From: Laetmonice hystrix
Lineage: Eukaryota
Direction: 5' to 3'
DNA: 64,000 bases
Assembly (NCBI GenBank): GCA_965235115.1
Contig: OZ249440.1
Location: forward strand, 33,544,001 to 33,608,000
The notes under the pieces are model-generated. The model was not told the DNA's origin. It did not search any database and saw only the letters and a program-made list of their open reading frames with translations. This document shows positions 24,717-37,756 of the stretch, piece by piece. The position numbers and the translations under genes were made by a program. How positions within the stretch are numbered: position 1 is the stretch's first letter; each line of letters opens with the position of its first letter.

Positions 24717-27700
24717 TTCTCAAATTTCAAATCAGCCCATTCTCTGCACCTTTATACACTTGGCTGCACCTTCGAAAATGAATTCTTTGCAACCAAAAAC
24801 ATAGATTTAGACACCAAAAATGTTAATAAAATTCCATTTATAGGGAATTTATGATAGATTTCTTTTTCGGGCAATCAGTATGATAACACTAATTGCCCAA
24901 CATACGCATGCGGCAGTTTCCCGAGTCCCCCACACATCACAGATCACATTTCCATCAAAGTACTTTAGGGTACTCAACATTTCTGGGTTCGCTATTGGCT
25001 ATATATAGGGATGGCTACTAGTCTAAGAAGGGGTCAATTTGCACGAAAAAAATTATTGAGCAACCGGAATTAGTAAAACTTATTTTCTTCCCATTTTCAG
25101 ACAATTATGCTGCCAAGATCCTTTCATATATCTCTTCAATCTTTTGTGGGCTTATTCTACACCAAACTGTCTGTAAGCAGAGCAAATTTCAGCCTTCTAG
25201 ATGTAAAAACCTTAAAGTTACAGGTATTTCAAAACCTACTCAGAATTAGTGGTGCGCTTTTGTCGACAACCCCCTACCTCATATTTGGAGGCCCCGGAGA
25301 CACAATTTTTATCTAAATGCTTAGCAATTTTGCAGAAGTGGCCAAATATAGCTGTCAAATATGTGGTTAAAATTTAAAGAAATTCGGAGACATCAACTTT
25401 TTTGCCATTGGTTCAACATGGAATGACCCACCTGCGAATGTCAAAAAGATGGCTGTATTCATCATACATTAAAGACTGGAAGGAAAGTTAACACATTACT
25501 GATTTCCTTGTCAACTGTACACATATATGTCCTTATTATTTGAAAAAAGTTTGGAGACTGTGCTCTCAATCCCTTTTGTGTGACAATTTTTTCTATGTGG
25601 GGCCCGATACCATATTTTTCATTTTTTGCCATTTTTGATAGGACTTCATTAAAAGTCTAATCCAAGTTCGAAACTTGTAATGTATTTTCCTAAAGGACCT
25701 CTCCATAGACTATCCATGTGCCAAATTTAAAATAAAAATATTAAAAACTCACTTTTCTAGAGTACTTTAAACTTTCAGAAATATCCATCTCCTCCAAAAA
25801 GTCGGATATCACTATGCTTAAGGTCGAAGAACTAGGACTTTTTAGCATAAGTGAACCATTTTGGACTATGATTATATAGGAATATGGCCAGTAAGCATTC
25901 CCTGAAAGTTTTGTGAAGATCTATGAAAAATTAAAGAAAATATGCCTTTTCAAATGGAAAAAAACCTGTAGCGCAGCTAAATATTTTAGGTAAAAATTGG
26001 CCAAAACGCCATTTTGGCACCACTCGTACAGAAAATATATTCCCAGGATGAACCTGTTGTCTTGTATTTAGCATATACCCACCACGGATTGTAAGTTAAT
26101 GAAATATGGGAATGCTCACTCTTATAATTGTGTTGTTATAGGTCCTCAAAATCGGCACAAAAATAAGCGAAACTTAAGTCTGGAAAGGGTCCAAGGGGTG
26201 ACCAACTTAAAAATTCATATCTCGAAAACTATTTGGAGTACAGAAATAAAATTTTGCATGGCCCCATGAATTGGATCGACGTTTTTATGAGTAAAATTTC
26301 ATCAAAATCTATGATTTGAACTGGGAGGCCCTGGGTGACTTGGTATGGAATGACCCCCCTATTAAGCTTCAATAGAGATTTATGAAGTGTCAGTTCCTAA
26401 CATAAAAAAGGAACTACCATGATCACCCACTATTGTAGTGCTTGGTAAGTGTATTCAATATGTAAGTCAGGCAGAGGTTTAGGTTACTCTAATTTGTCTA
26501 AGAGTCTTAATGGAGTCACAATTAGTATTCTATTCATGGAGGGAATATTGTTGGGCAGGACCCCCAGCATGAATTTTCTTATACATATACATACTTGTCT
26601 CTTCCGATGGCTACCAAGCCAGCTTCCCCAATGAGATAGATCTTGAATTTGTTCAGAGGTCACTGTTTGGTATCAGGCTCGTAGCCAGGGGAGTGTTGAG
26701 AGTGTGCCAACATCCCCCCCCCCCCAGTGGAGTAGACATCTTAAAAGTCCCGCTTACCTCAACTTTGCATGTAGGCCTATGCCCTAGGCGGGCTAGAGCA
26801 GGGTGAGGAGAGAGGGAGTGGAGGCAAAGATCTTGGCCTGTGAGACTATAAGCTATAACATTATGTAGGCTAGCCGCCTAGATCCTGGGGGACGGGAAGG
26901 AGCGAGCGGTTAGGCCCAGTACGTACTAAGTAGCACCAAAGAGCCTAGAGTGAGACCCAGACCCCCCCCCCCCCCCCAAGTGACCCGCATCTGGCTGGTC
27001 GGACCTGCAAACCGGCACCAAAACCCGCTGACCCGCGAGGACAGCCGTAGGACCCGCCTGAATGATAAATCTAGGCCTAAAACGCCCAGGCCTACTGCTA
27101 GGCCTATCCTTCCTACTTTGGGTCGTTTGTTGAGGATAGTCTGCGGCTTGATCACACGTAAATTAGCTCAAAATACCTTATACGCCATTAGCAGAGGCGG
27201 ATTTAGGGGGGCCCACGCGGTGGGCACCCCCCCTTATTTTTGTAGACTGACTTTTTTAACTAATTGTTAATGAAAAAAATGATATTTTCAGCTAACTCTA
27301 AGACCTTGGATCCCCCCCCCCCCCATATGCCATGAAAACGCGTATTTGGCACTTTAATTTTCATTTTTTTTTGGGGGGGGAGGGCCCCCAGACCCCCGGC
27401 TCGAGCAGCAATTCAAATCTTGGAACTTGGGACCTATGGAGACCTAGAGCCTCATTGGTTGGTAAGACGTAGCCAGAGACATGAAAACACCTACGTCACA
27501 GAGCAGTGACGTAGACTTGACGTAGAGTTGAATTACGTAGTGGTTTATGCAAATAAGTTCTTGTAATTTTGATGGTCTTTTCTTTATTTCCTATATTTTG
27601 TTGTAAATCTCTATATTAACCCTTAAAATCTTAGAGCAGGTATGTTTCAACGTTTTATTTTCATAATTATTCGCTTATTCATAATTTAATTGGTGTCTGT

Positions 27701-27933
27701 ACAGTATTACTAAACTTTTCCCCAAGGTTTCCCAAAGTAATGGTTAATTATTTTATCTTCCAGTTGAATGAATTTGTTGTGTCTGGAGTCATTCACACTT
27801 TATAGGGTTAAAAGGGCGTCAGTATTCTATTCATATGGTGAATGTTGTTAGGCAGGAAGTTACCACATTTTTAAGCATGACACATGTCAATTTCATGATA
27901 TTTTTTACTTATTTTTATCTCAATATATCTAGT

Positions 27934-28264
27934 TGAGTTGAGTAGTTGGTGTTTAACGCCCAGTCAGCAGTATTTCAGCTATTTCAGGGCGAGAACAAGG
28001 TAACTAACTCAGTCGGTGAAATTCATTGGGTGATAATGAGATGATAGGAGGAAACCTGGCATCGGGGCGAACCCCTACTCTTATCGATAGGTGCCAAGGG
28101 ATCTTTAACGTGCCCCTCCACATAGACGTATCGTGACACGGCCGGCCTTTGATAAAGCAGTCGGCAGCACTGCTTATGCAGGAAAGTCCGGCGCGGCCGC
28201 GGATCGAACCCAGGACCCTTGGATCAAAGGTCCCGTGCTCTAACCACTGCGCCACCCCGGTCCC
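27934..28264 (-). mobile_element. Full-length tRNA-derived SINE with Nin-like central domain
   Basis: A box TGGCGCAGTGG, B box GGTTCGATCC. Core tatcaaaggcc...aaagatcccttg...aagagtag. TSD tcaatatatctagt at 27920-27933 and 28265-28278. Confidence 0.9.
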
Positions 28265-28535
28265 TCAATATATCTAGTGGACTGTTAGTATGAATCTTGG
28301 AAAGCCAGCAGGAAGCGCATTCTTAAGAAATTAGAAGTGTCAACTATATTGGAGAATGTTTAACAAATATATTAAAGTAAAATGTACTTTAATCTTCTTT
28401 ACTTTCCATTAATACTTAACTATAATAATTCGCAAACAGTCCCTGGTGGTGCCTGATGAAGCAGTTCGTTTACAATGCGTACTTGTTTGAAATACTTTAT
28501 CTGCTTATTGCATTCCGTACCTAACATTGTAATTT

Positions 28536-28744
28536 TGTTAGTCAATACAAGGCAAATGTGCAACAGTCCAACAGCCACCTAACTCTGTCACAGTAATGGA
28601 CAAAGTGTTTTGTCCCTGTGAGAAAACCATTAACAGCCTAACGCGTTTCGTCCCTCAATGTGGACTCATCAGACATTTTGTCCATACTGTGACAGAGTTA
28701 GGTGGCTGTTGGACTGTTGCACATTTGCCTCGTATTGACTAACA
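28536..28744. repeat. Inverted repeat (~75-bp arms) flanked by a direct repeat; probable Penelope-like remnant
   Basis: tgttagtcaatac...ggacaaa / tttgtcc...gtattgactaaca; ttgtaatttt on both flanks. Confidence 0.7.
28636..28675 (-). ncRNA. Minimal hammerhead ribozyme-like motif
   Basis: CUGAUGA-GUCC-acauugag-GGAC-GAAA-CGCGUU with palindromic stem III. Stem I pairing is poor. Confidence 0.55.
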
Positions 28745-30394
28745 TTGTAATTTTATATGTCATACTTTTGTCCAAATTCTGTATTTGAGATGCCCACCTC
28801 ACAAACATTTTGAACGATATGATACAGCAAACCATTGTGGTGATAAATTAATAGCAACTGCGTGCCAGAATCGAAGTAATAAAGTGTTCCCACTTGTACT
28901 GTTAGTGTTGTTGCATGTCTTTGAAATATGTCAGTGAATTATACTTTGCTACACTTCTATCTTCCTACATTATACAGGCCCGAAGTCTGGATTTCCCCGG
29001 GCGTTCCAAAAACCATTATATATTAATGTGGACATTTAGAAGAAACGGGATTGTTTCATGTATCAATTCAAACAGCAACCTCCATTAACCCCCTGAATCC
29101 ACCACTTGGGGTTTCCTTTGCCCGCCCCGCCTCTTGCCAGACAAGACTATAAGGCTTCTGGTTGCTGCCTCTCGTCCCTTCAGAAGTGCTTTGTCAGCGC
29201 CAGATAGCCTAACTAAAGATTGAATTAACTGGACTGGACGTTCCCCGTGCACATACATGGCTTATGTCAGTTAGCGGACAGCTTACCTGGCCTGGCAGGA
29301 ATGTGCCAGTCACTATAGTATTCGAGAGCGAGGCAGCGTGACACAGTGTGAGAGCCTCCATTTTAGCACACAGGTACTCGGCTTAGCTTGACCTATCTTC
29401 CAGGCGTAACAACGTAAATTCTCCTACAATTGTAGGCTCATGATATTAGTGTCAAACGGTAAACGGCCTGTGTAGTTACTGCCAAATCAGATCAAATCAG
29501 ATCAAAAGTAGCGTTGATGGAAGTCGAAATGAAAGAAAACATGTAATACTATTTGTTTCGTCGTTCCAAGTCTAATGTCAAAAACCTGAGAAACCAAGAA
29601 AACCAAGACAGGACAAAGTCACAAGAAAGTTAAACTCAGTTAGTGAGACTGAAAAGGCCTAATAGGTTAACTTCCCCACAGAATTATTGGGCACCCATCG
29701 ACTCTAGCTATGTCCCTATGTCTCCCAGTGCCTTGCCGTGTCGTGAAAACACAAGCTAGGTCGAAAGTATCATTAATTTTCTCACTTTGAGATATAAAAG
29801 AGAGAGCAAACTTGTGTTAATAAAGATAAACCATAATGCTGACAGGGGTTCTCAAGTATGAAAAAACTATATCTGACGACTAATAATGTAGGAATGTCAC
29901 TTTGGTATGCATGGACGTCGAAAGGTGGGGGATAGCGGGGACAAGTCCCCCCCCCCCCCCCAAACACACACACACACTTTTTATACAGGGGGACAGTGTA
30001 TCGATTGCCCCCACCCACCCACACACACTTTTTCTATTCAGAGTCACAAGCCAACCATTGGCGGGTTCAGCAGACAGCAGGGATGATGCCCGACCAGGGG
30101 CTTGATTCACTAAGCATCTTTGACCAGTTTTAAGTTTATTTTTGACATGTTGGCATGACGTTGTACGTCTCCCTTGTTATTTAAAATGCCAAGCCATAGG
30201 TGAAAATCAGTGTCTCTGTGAATTTCTATTAGGCCTATATAATATGCAGAATAACACTAGATGGGTTTATGCTAGATATCAAACGTATATTTCTCATCTT
30301 TTTGGTAATGTTCTATGCTTTACTTTATATCAGTAATGTGTCTGCATTAGTAGTGGGTATAATTTTAATTAATTGTTTCATGCTTGTGCAGGCA

Positions 30395-30615
30395 CCCCCC
30401 CCCACACACACACTTTTATCAATACTGAAACTCGTTAACTGCGGAATCTCCGCCGATAACATGTTTTAGTTGCTTTGGATAGGGACTGCCCCCCCCCCCC
30501 CCCCACACACACACTTTTATCAATACTGAAACTCGTTAACTGCGGAATCTCCGCCGATAACATGTTTTAGTTGCTTTGGATAGGGACTGCCCCCCCCCCC
30601 CCCACACACACACAT
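30395..30615. repeat. ~105-bp tandem duplication bounded by poly-C/(CA)n
   Basis: cttttatcaatactgaaactcgttaactgcggaatc...gatagggactg occurs twice. Confidence 0.9.
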
Positions 30616-33147
30616 TTTGAAAGCATGCGACGCCCATGTTGGGAGGTACCAGTTCTCTTGCCTTGGAATATTCATCACCTTCTCTTAAATCACCTTGACC
30701 TAATTTATGCTGGTTCTCCCTGGGAAAAATTACAGGGGAGGGTGAATGTAAACGACATCTGCTGCAGTAATTACTGCCTTTACCTAAATTTTGGAACAAC
30801 AAGAATTAGCCCAAGACTGATGTATTCATATATGATCAGTCCTATACACTTATGCTGCCCCATATGTTGAGTTAAGGTGTCACATAAATGAAGAGAAAAG
30901 CGCACGTTGATCACTCGGCTCACCGTCGCTTGACTTCCTCATGTCTCGGCTGTACGACGTTGGTCGCCACCCCCCCCCCCCCCCCCCCCCCCCCCCCGGA
31001 AAACGTCCCAGCCACGCCCATAGCTGTAGGTCGACACCCATAATGACATTCGGAAAACCTCGGCCCAACTTCCGGTCGCTTCGCTGTAGTTGTGCTCGGA
31101 CACCCCTCGACGCATTGATATACATGGATTCCATGTATCGCCCCAGTGCGCAATGACACAAGACTGGCACAGGTAGTGAGATGCCGGCAGAAATTGAGTC
31201 CCTTATATATATAGTGGTTAGAGCCTCTGTTAATGGTGTTAGTAAACTCATATAGACCAGATATCATTATAAAATTGTTGTTACGTTAACAACTTTGACC
31301 AAACATAGATCAATCGAATAAAATGACCCGCCGCTTCGCGACAGCTCTGCAGGGCCGCACGGGTGGCTCCCGGTGGGGACAGCTAGGACGGCCCGGGCGG
31401 ACCACGGCCTTCGAGTCGCGCTGGCTCATAGTCATAATATTGAACCACTTTGAGTATGGATTTGCCGTATTATGTGCCTTGATTTGACTGGATTCAACAC
31501 AAGGTGTTCAACATAACGCTTAAAATGAAAAAAGTCAAATTTCAAACCGTCACAGAAAAACGGGTCTGACGACGATTCAACGGTGGCGTGTAGGCCTATT
31601 CTGGCTACTGTGTAACGGTTTGACATGGTTTGACTGCATGGCTACCTTGATTCGATCCTCTTATCGCACGGATCATACATGCTAAATAAGGAATAGTCCA
31701 CGTTTTCATGGCTAATGTCATTGTCAAGAAAGGCTACAATCCGTGACAAATTCGGTTTCAGTTTTTTGCCAACTAAAGCCGTCTATTGACAGCACCACAG
31801 CCCAGACACTGCTGGCGAGTGGCCGCTACGACGATAGTGCGTTGACCCCATCTGACCCAATATGGCGACCTCCGATTGGTATCCGAGTCTCTCTACATCG
31901 TAAAGGGCTCGGTGTTCCGAATGCCATAATGAGTGTGTGAACCAGGTCTGGCGTCAACTAGAACAGACAGCCAGGGGCTCTGTACGAGTTTACGAGTAGC
32001 TACTTCTGTCCCCAACTAGAGCTAGTTTGAACTAGTTTCTGTGTGTGTGTGTGGGGGGGGGGGGGGGGCGTGCAGGCGAAATGACAGCCAAACGTTCCTT
32101 GATGGTCGAGGGAGAGGGTGTTAGAGAGGGACTGTTGGCAGGTTGTAAAAGGTTTGGCTGAATACCAGTTTGTAAGAGTGTCCTCAGACACGCCGTGACC
32201 TCAAAGGTCGGCGCCAAGGTAAGAGCCCCACATGCCTTTGTGCTATTTGAGGATATAGAATATAAAAGACAAGAAAATAGCCCTTGTCTTTTTCAAGAAT
32301 TTAACTTAACGTTTGTCTTTGCATATTCTATTCTGGTACTATTGGTTCTAAGGCTCCAAATGTGATGGGAGTTGTAGGAATTACGTCGTCCTTCAGTAAA
32401 GTATATTAGTACTTTCTGACCCTTACCTCACCAGACACACTTGCTGTAAACTAAGTAACTTCACTCGGAGTGTTTGAGTCTGTCTTAGGAGTTCTCTCAA
32501 CCGGAACAACGTGAGTGAATTGGAGGTTTTTCGCCCTGTCGACAGTATTTCAGTCATATTCAAGGCGATAGGAACCATTCAGTCGAAGGGCCTATTTTAT
32601 CCCCCCCCCCCCCCCGAGTCCAAGGGGGCTGGTGATGGTAAGGATGAAGTGAGAATGAAACCTGCCACCGGGAGGCAATCCCCTACTCTTTTCGAAAAAT
32701 AGCAAGGGTTCTTATATATGCCCAGTCGAAGACATGGCTAAACATGCCAAAACCTTTGATGGCCCAGTTGCGGAGCACTGGGGAGGGCCAGTAAGAAAAA
32801 TGGTACTGGAAAGATGGAAATCCACCTGTGCCACAAAGATGACATTGCAATCCGGCACCATCCCTTGACCCGTTTGACGCCTTTTATGAACAACCAGGGC
32901 TACGTCCACTTAGATAAGTGGAATCTGACGACGTAATGGTGTATACGACCCAGACGGCCTAGTGGTGGTGGTGGGAGGGGGGGGGGCACCTTGTACAATG
33001 TAAGAAATGCCACTCCTGCTGGCTGCAAACACTGATGACTCCAAAGGTGTGTGATGGGGAGAGAATTTACACGGATTATCACGCAGGGACACTGCCGGCC
33101 AGGGGGTTGGGGTAGGATCGGGGTTGGTCTAGGTACCCTGTCCTTAC

Positions 33148-33249
33148 CATGACGTCCCCTGCCTCGAAGGTTCGATCGCCAGCCACTGACGCTAGTAACA
33201 TCCCGATGGCGAGGAGCGTCAGCCGTAGATCCCACACGATAGACGCCAT
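33148..33249 (-). CDS. Coding exon 1 (signal peptide) of SAARP/CARP4-like gene
   Basis: acaATGg start context. Encodes MASIVWDLRLTLLAIGMLLASVAG-DRTFEAGDVM. Donor ATG|gtaagg, phase 0, joins exon 2 in frame. Confidence 0.75.
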
Positions 33250-34151
33250 TGTGATGTCTGTTTTCAACTGGTGTCTATGGATTAAGGTGGACGTCTGAGC
33301 GACTGTGAGCTGTGGCAAGAATGACGTTATTGGTGGTGTGATCACTGAACCACGTCTAGGTCATGCTCGGCTGATCTCAGGCCAAGGCAGGGTGCAGCAG
33401 CTTTTAAAGTTGTTCCCATTAGCAAGTTTAGTGAGATTTGCGAACGCATGTACGTGTACGGGAAGCCTAGGCATACAGATTGCCATTGTCGTTTTCTGGT
33501 TAAGATGGGGAGCCCCACAACTAGGAAATGAGACTGAAGAATCCTCACTATTCGTAATCAAACTTTTGAAAGGTTCTTTTTTATATGAATAGGCCTCATC
33601 ATTGTACTTCACAAATAAACTTCCAGTCAGGCCTTTGATATAATTTCATGTCATAATGAATGATAGTGAGGAGGGAAAATGGGGCATGGGATGGAAAGGT
33701 GATGCACTGTTAATCTTTCCAAGAACATAATAAGTAGATCTTAAAATTCAAACAATTTAAAAAGTTGGAATCGCCAGTTTCAGTGAAAAATATTGACATT
33801 TAGCAGCCTAGCTTGTACTCTGTTACACACAAAGGAATGCACATATACAAACACATTTGGATGAATTTTCTGATAGATATGTCAATCGGGGATAGCTACA
33901 TTTTTGTTTAAGGGAAAAACGCCCAAGGAGACCCCCGCCCCCATTGGCAGGAGGTTGCTTGTCGATTTCTGTCATCCATGGAAAAAGGTCAAGATTTTCC
34001 TCGGTAAGACTGCCCCTGAAGTGACGCGTAGGCTACATGCCTGCCACCCCCACCCACCCCGTCTAATGATCCAGCCCGTTGTAGTTGAGGTTTGTGGTCA
34101 CGAATCAAGGGTCGACTTCGGTGGTTGTAAACCAGTGAACGCGTGTCAACC

Positions 34152-34339
34152 CAGTGGCGGATCCAGGGGGGGTGTCGGCGACGTCCGGACCCCCCCCCCC
34201 TCAAATTTTCCAAATTTAATTTTTTATAACCAAAATGCCTTTTGTTTTTACAACGGACCCCCCCTCGATTTGCCCTTTTTATGCTGGACCCCCCTAGGAC
34301 CCCCCCCCCCCCTGAATATAGACCCTAGATCCGCCCCTG
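34152..34339. mobile_element. hAT-like MITE with 5-bp TSD
   Basis: cagtggcggatc / gatccgcccctg, with caacc on both sides. Confidence 0.75.
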
Positions 34340-34416
34340 CAACCTCACCTCATTATGCTAATCAGCTGACTCGAGTCGCTCAAACATGTAGTGCACAGTA
34401 CTTTCACCCCGGAAAC

Positions 34417-34644
34417 CGGTGTGAACGGAATCCGCCGGACCTGGATTCCTTTGTTATACAGGTCCTTGCTCATCAACTAAGACAATATAATTAAGGAAAT
34501 TCAAATGAATTAGGGTTAAGGTTGGGATTAGGGATAGGATTATAAAAAATATTTATATAATACAGCATTACGGACTTCAATTTCTACGAATGCAGGTCCG
34601 TCGGACCTGCATTTCAGGGGGACCTACATTCCTGTCACACCGGC
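34417..34644. mobile_element. MITE with ccggtgtga ends and internal gttaggg-like repeats
   Basis: ccggtgtgaacggaat / attcctgtcacaccgg. Confidence 0.55.
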
Positions 34645-35439
34645 GTAGCTGTCTGTGTGTAGGCTATAATGTATTCAAGGCCGTAGCTAGCGGGGCGGCG
34701 GGGCACGGCCCGCTGAGAATTGTCATATATATATATATAATAGGCCTATTATATGCCTAAAGACTGATCCCCGCGACTTGTCCCTCACACACTTAATGCC
34801 AACGTGTTTTGTTCTTCCAAAATATAATTTTTGTACTAATTGGACTAGTGGTAAATTCAAAAAGGGTTTCAATTTAAGTTCAGTTAAAACCAATCTTTTA
34901 CATCTAGCCCAGCTAGCCAAATTACGTAGTATTTACGTTGTGACAACGTTTTTCATAGGTTTATACAACGTAGAAAAATTACGTTGTGACAACATCATTT
35001 TGTGGATTTTGGACGTTGTGAAGACGTATTTTTTTACGTAATCAAAACGAGTGGATGAAGTTGCAGCAACATTGTCTGCACATCTATTTACCGTTGTGGC
35101 AACGTTATCCCATGGTAATTCTTTACTCTGAGAGGACGTTGGAATTACGTAGTGGCCACGTTTGCCACAAGGGGGGGGGGGTAAATAACCAATATATATT
35201 GTAGGAACTTGCAAAATTTGGGCACATCAGGACTGCGTCTTTGTTCCCGTTGCTGTAAATAATGAAAAGATTTGCCTAACACTGTATGGCACACAACGAA
35301 GCAGACGTGTCATACATGTCATACAAAGTATAATGATCAGAACAGTCGGCTAATGTTGTGACAGTTTTCAATGCTGTGTCTTCATAGGCTGTTGTGATTT
35401 TTTTAATAATAAAATAATTCTATGCATGCATTTCACTCA

Positions 35440-36120
35440 ATGTCTCACTAGAGTCAGTATTTAAGGAATCCCAAATCCTTACAGTAAGTTTCACCAAAGT
35501 TGTCATGTCAACTGAAAAATCATGCAATCATGCAATCATGCACCAGGTCCTCTCTAGACTTGTGAACTCGTCAGTCTCATAGTGCAAAGGTTGGGGAACA
35601 ATCTTTTCATTTTTTTTGGGGGGGGGGGGCAGTTGAAAAGATAGGAAAGAAAAGGGTAGGGAGAAAAGTGGGAGAATGCCTGCAATTCTATACGAACATT
35701 TGTACACAACTTGACAAATTTCTAATCTGCAGAAATGGTTGATTTCTAGTATTTTGAATATTTTTACTTTTGTTTCTATTTTGCGCTTCAATTTTTTTTT
35801 CAATTTTCGCTTCCACAATGCATGGTGTTATTTATATTCAATCCACTCACTGCAAGTAGATCCAATGGCAAGCAGATTGCCGTCAGTCACTCAAATTGTC
35901 TCACTAGAGTCAGTATTTAAGGAATCCCAAATCCTTACAGTAAGTTTCACCAAGGTTGTCATGTCAACTGAAAAATCGTGCAAATTTTGAAAATTTTTAC
36001 TTTTGTTTCTATTTTGCTCTTCATTTTTTTTTTCCAATTTTCGCTTCCATAATGCAGTGTTATTTATATTCAGTAAACTGGCTGCAAGTAGATCCAATGG
36101 CACGCAGATTGCCGTCAGTC
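35440..36120. repeat. Two-copy ~230-bp tandem repeat, first copy interrupted
   Basis: gtctcactagagtcagtatttaaggaatccc at ~35442 and ~35898; gcaagtagatccaatggca at ~35852 and ~36084. Confidence 0.8.
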
Positions 36121-36730
36121 CCCTTGTTTAGCTCAAGATGCAATGGGGGGCAGGTTGCTGTCGTTCTCCCGACTCGCAGTAGCTGTGACCTTCTGCAACA
36201 GAATACCATATTATGGCCATATTGTTATATTTTAATTATATCATGAAGATTATGGTAGACTAAGACACCCATTATTTTCTGATAGAAGGGGGCTACCCTT
36301 CCACCCCTGTTTGAGATTCACCCAAATCTGCAATAAAAAACTTGGTGGGGGGGGGGGGCATGGTTGGTAGCTGCCTCACTTGTCAGATGCAATCTTTATT
36401 CTATCAACCTTGTCACCCGGTTAGTTAGTGAAAACTTCCAAAGTTTTATGTTTTGTGTAGTTAAACAATAATGAACTTTGGGCGCTGTTAAATCTGCATG
36501 TAATCCATTTACCCCTCAATAAATTACATTATGTACATGGTCGATTGTTACAAACGGTAAATTACGTGTTATGACAAACTATAAACCCCCTTTAAAGCTC
36601 ATGATTTCCTTTACAGCGTCTTTTTTTAATTATATACTAGCAAATGTTGATGTAAGGTCATTAAGAAAAATAAAGCTCACCAGAAGGCGTATCAAGGAAA
36701 ATATGTTGAGTTTTCCATAATTCACAAAAT

Positions 36731-37756
36731 TCAGATAGAAGACCTTGGTTTTTTCAAAGCAAAAATATGTTGCCTATTTAAAATAATCCCTTGTATTAAA
36801 GGCGGTGGGGTAGGGGGCGCACTGGCCACAGGCGGTGGGGTAGGGGGCGCACTGGCCACAGCTGATGGGGTAGGGGGCTTGCCAACACCTTGAGAAGACA
36901 TAATAACCACCTTCTCTGCGGCTTTCCGCAGCAATTCTTTTCGACGGATAGCATCTTTCACCTCAGGTTTGTCAGTGGACTCTAGATAGGGTAAAAAAAA
37001 CTCAATACAAAGGAATTTTTCTAAAGCAAATTTTCTTTCTGTGGCAAAGATAATTGAGATATAATCTTACCTCTTAAGATGTTTGTCAAGCCTCACACTG
37101 TTGTAAGGGCAGAAGGGACATGGTCGGTTTGGCCTTTCACCTCCTCCCTCGCCTGCCTCCACACAGTGTGGTTGGATGCGGCCACTTCTTTGGAGATGTT
37201 GTGGATCTTGCGAAGATGCTTGGCCAACCATCGTTTTTCCTGCCCACAAAATGGACAGGCCTGCAGCCTTCTCTGCTTTGCATGTTTGTTTGCTTGTTTT
37301 GATGGTGAGTTAGGTTTAGGGTTGGCGTTCCTCTTCGTCTTGTCCAGCAACCGTTTCAGGGAGAAATGTGGATGCTAGGTAGAAAAGATTTTGCAGTATA
37401 AACACCCCTAAGTGTTGGATTAGGGTTAGTGTTAGAGTTTGATTTTAAAAATGTAAGCTACCTGTTGTTTGTCCATGACAAAATCTGGGTCTTGGTCGGA
37501 GTCATCCGTTCCATATACAACATCAGACTCGCCACTGGACGCCTCATTTTCACACACTGGCTGGCTGGGACAGGCTGCTCGCCTCGTTCTGGACAGCTGC
37601 ATTGATTAACAGAAAGTAGGGCTTATTACAAGCAATTGAACCTACCTTTTTAGGGCCGGCCACCTGGGACTCATTGTTAGAGTCAGAGCCAGAGTCAGAC
37701 TCTGACCATGCTCTGTGGACATCCGCCCGCACGACAATCTTTGTACCTTTCGACAT
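36731..37756 (-). pseudogene. Decayed spliced gene: acidic segment, two C2H2-like fingers, Pro-rich repeat; probably element-borne
   Basis: DDSDQDPDF, CPFCGQEKRWLAKHLRKIH, CPFCPYNSVRLDKHLKR, DKPEVKDAIRRKELLRK. GT-AG introns at ~37375-37460 and ~36985-37070. Frameshifts and a 30-bp tandem repeat at 36801-36880. Confidence 0.5.

Noticed and set aside
25030..26360. Segments ending in tggaatgaccc (possible DNA transposon ends)
   Set aside because: Both motifs face the same way; no TIR pair or TSD could be established.
28190..28264. tRNA gene
   Set aside because: The A and B boxes belong to a SINE head followed by a body, tail and TSD.
28450..28490. Second CTGATGA hammerhead candidate (also at ~51983 and ~9312)
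   Set aside because: There is no correctly placed stem II plus GAAA.
30878..32520. Possible LTR of a BEL/Gypsy element
   Set aside because: I could not find a paired LTR, PBS, TSD or coding region.
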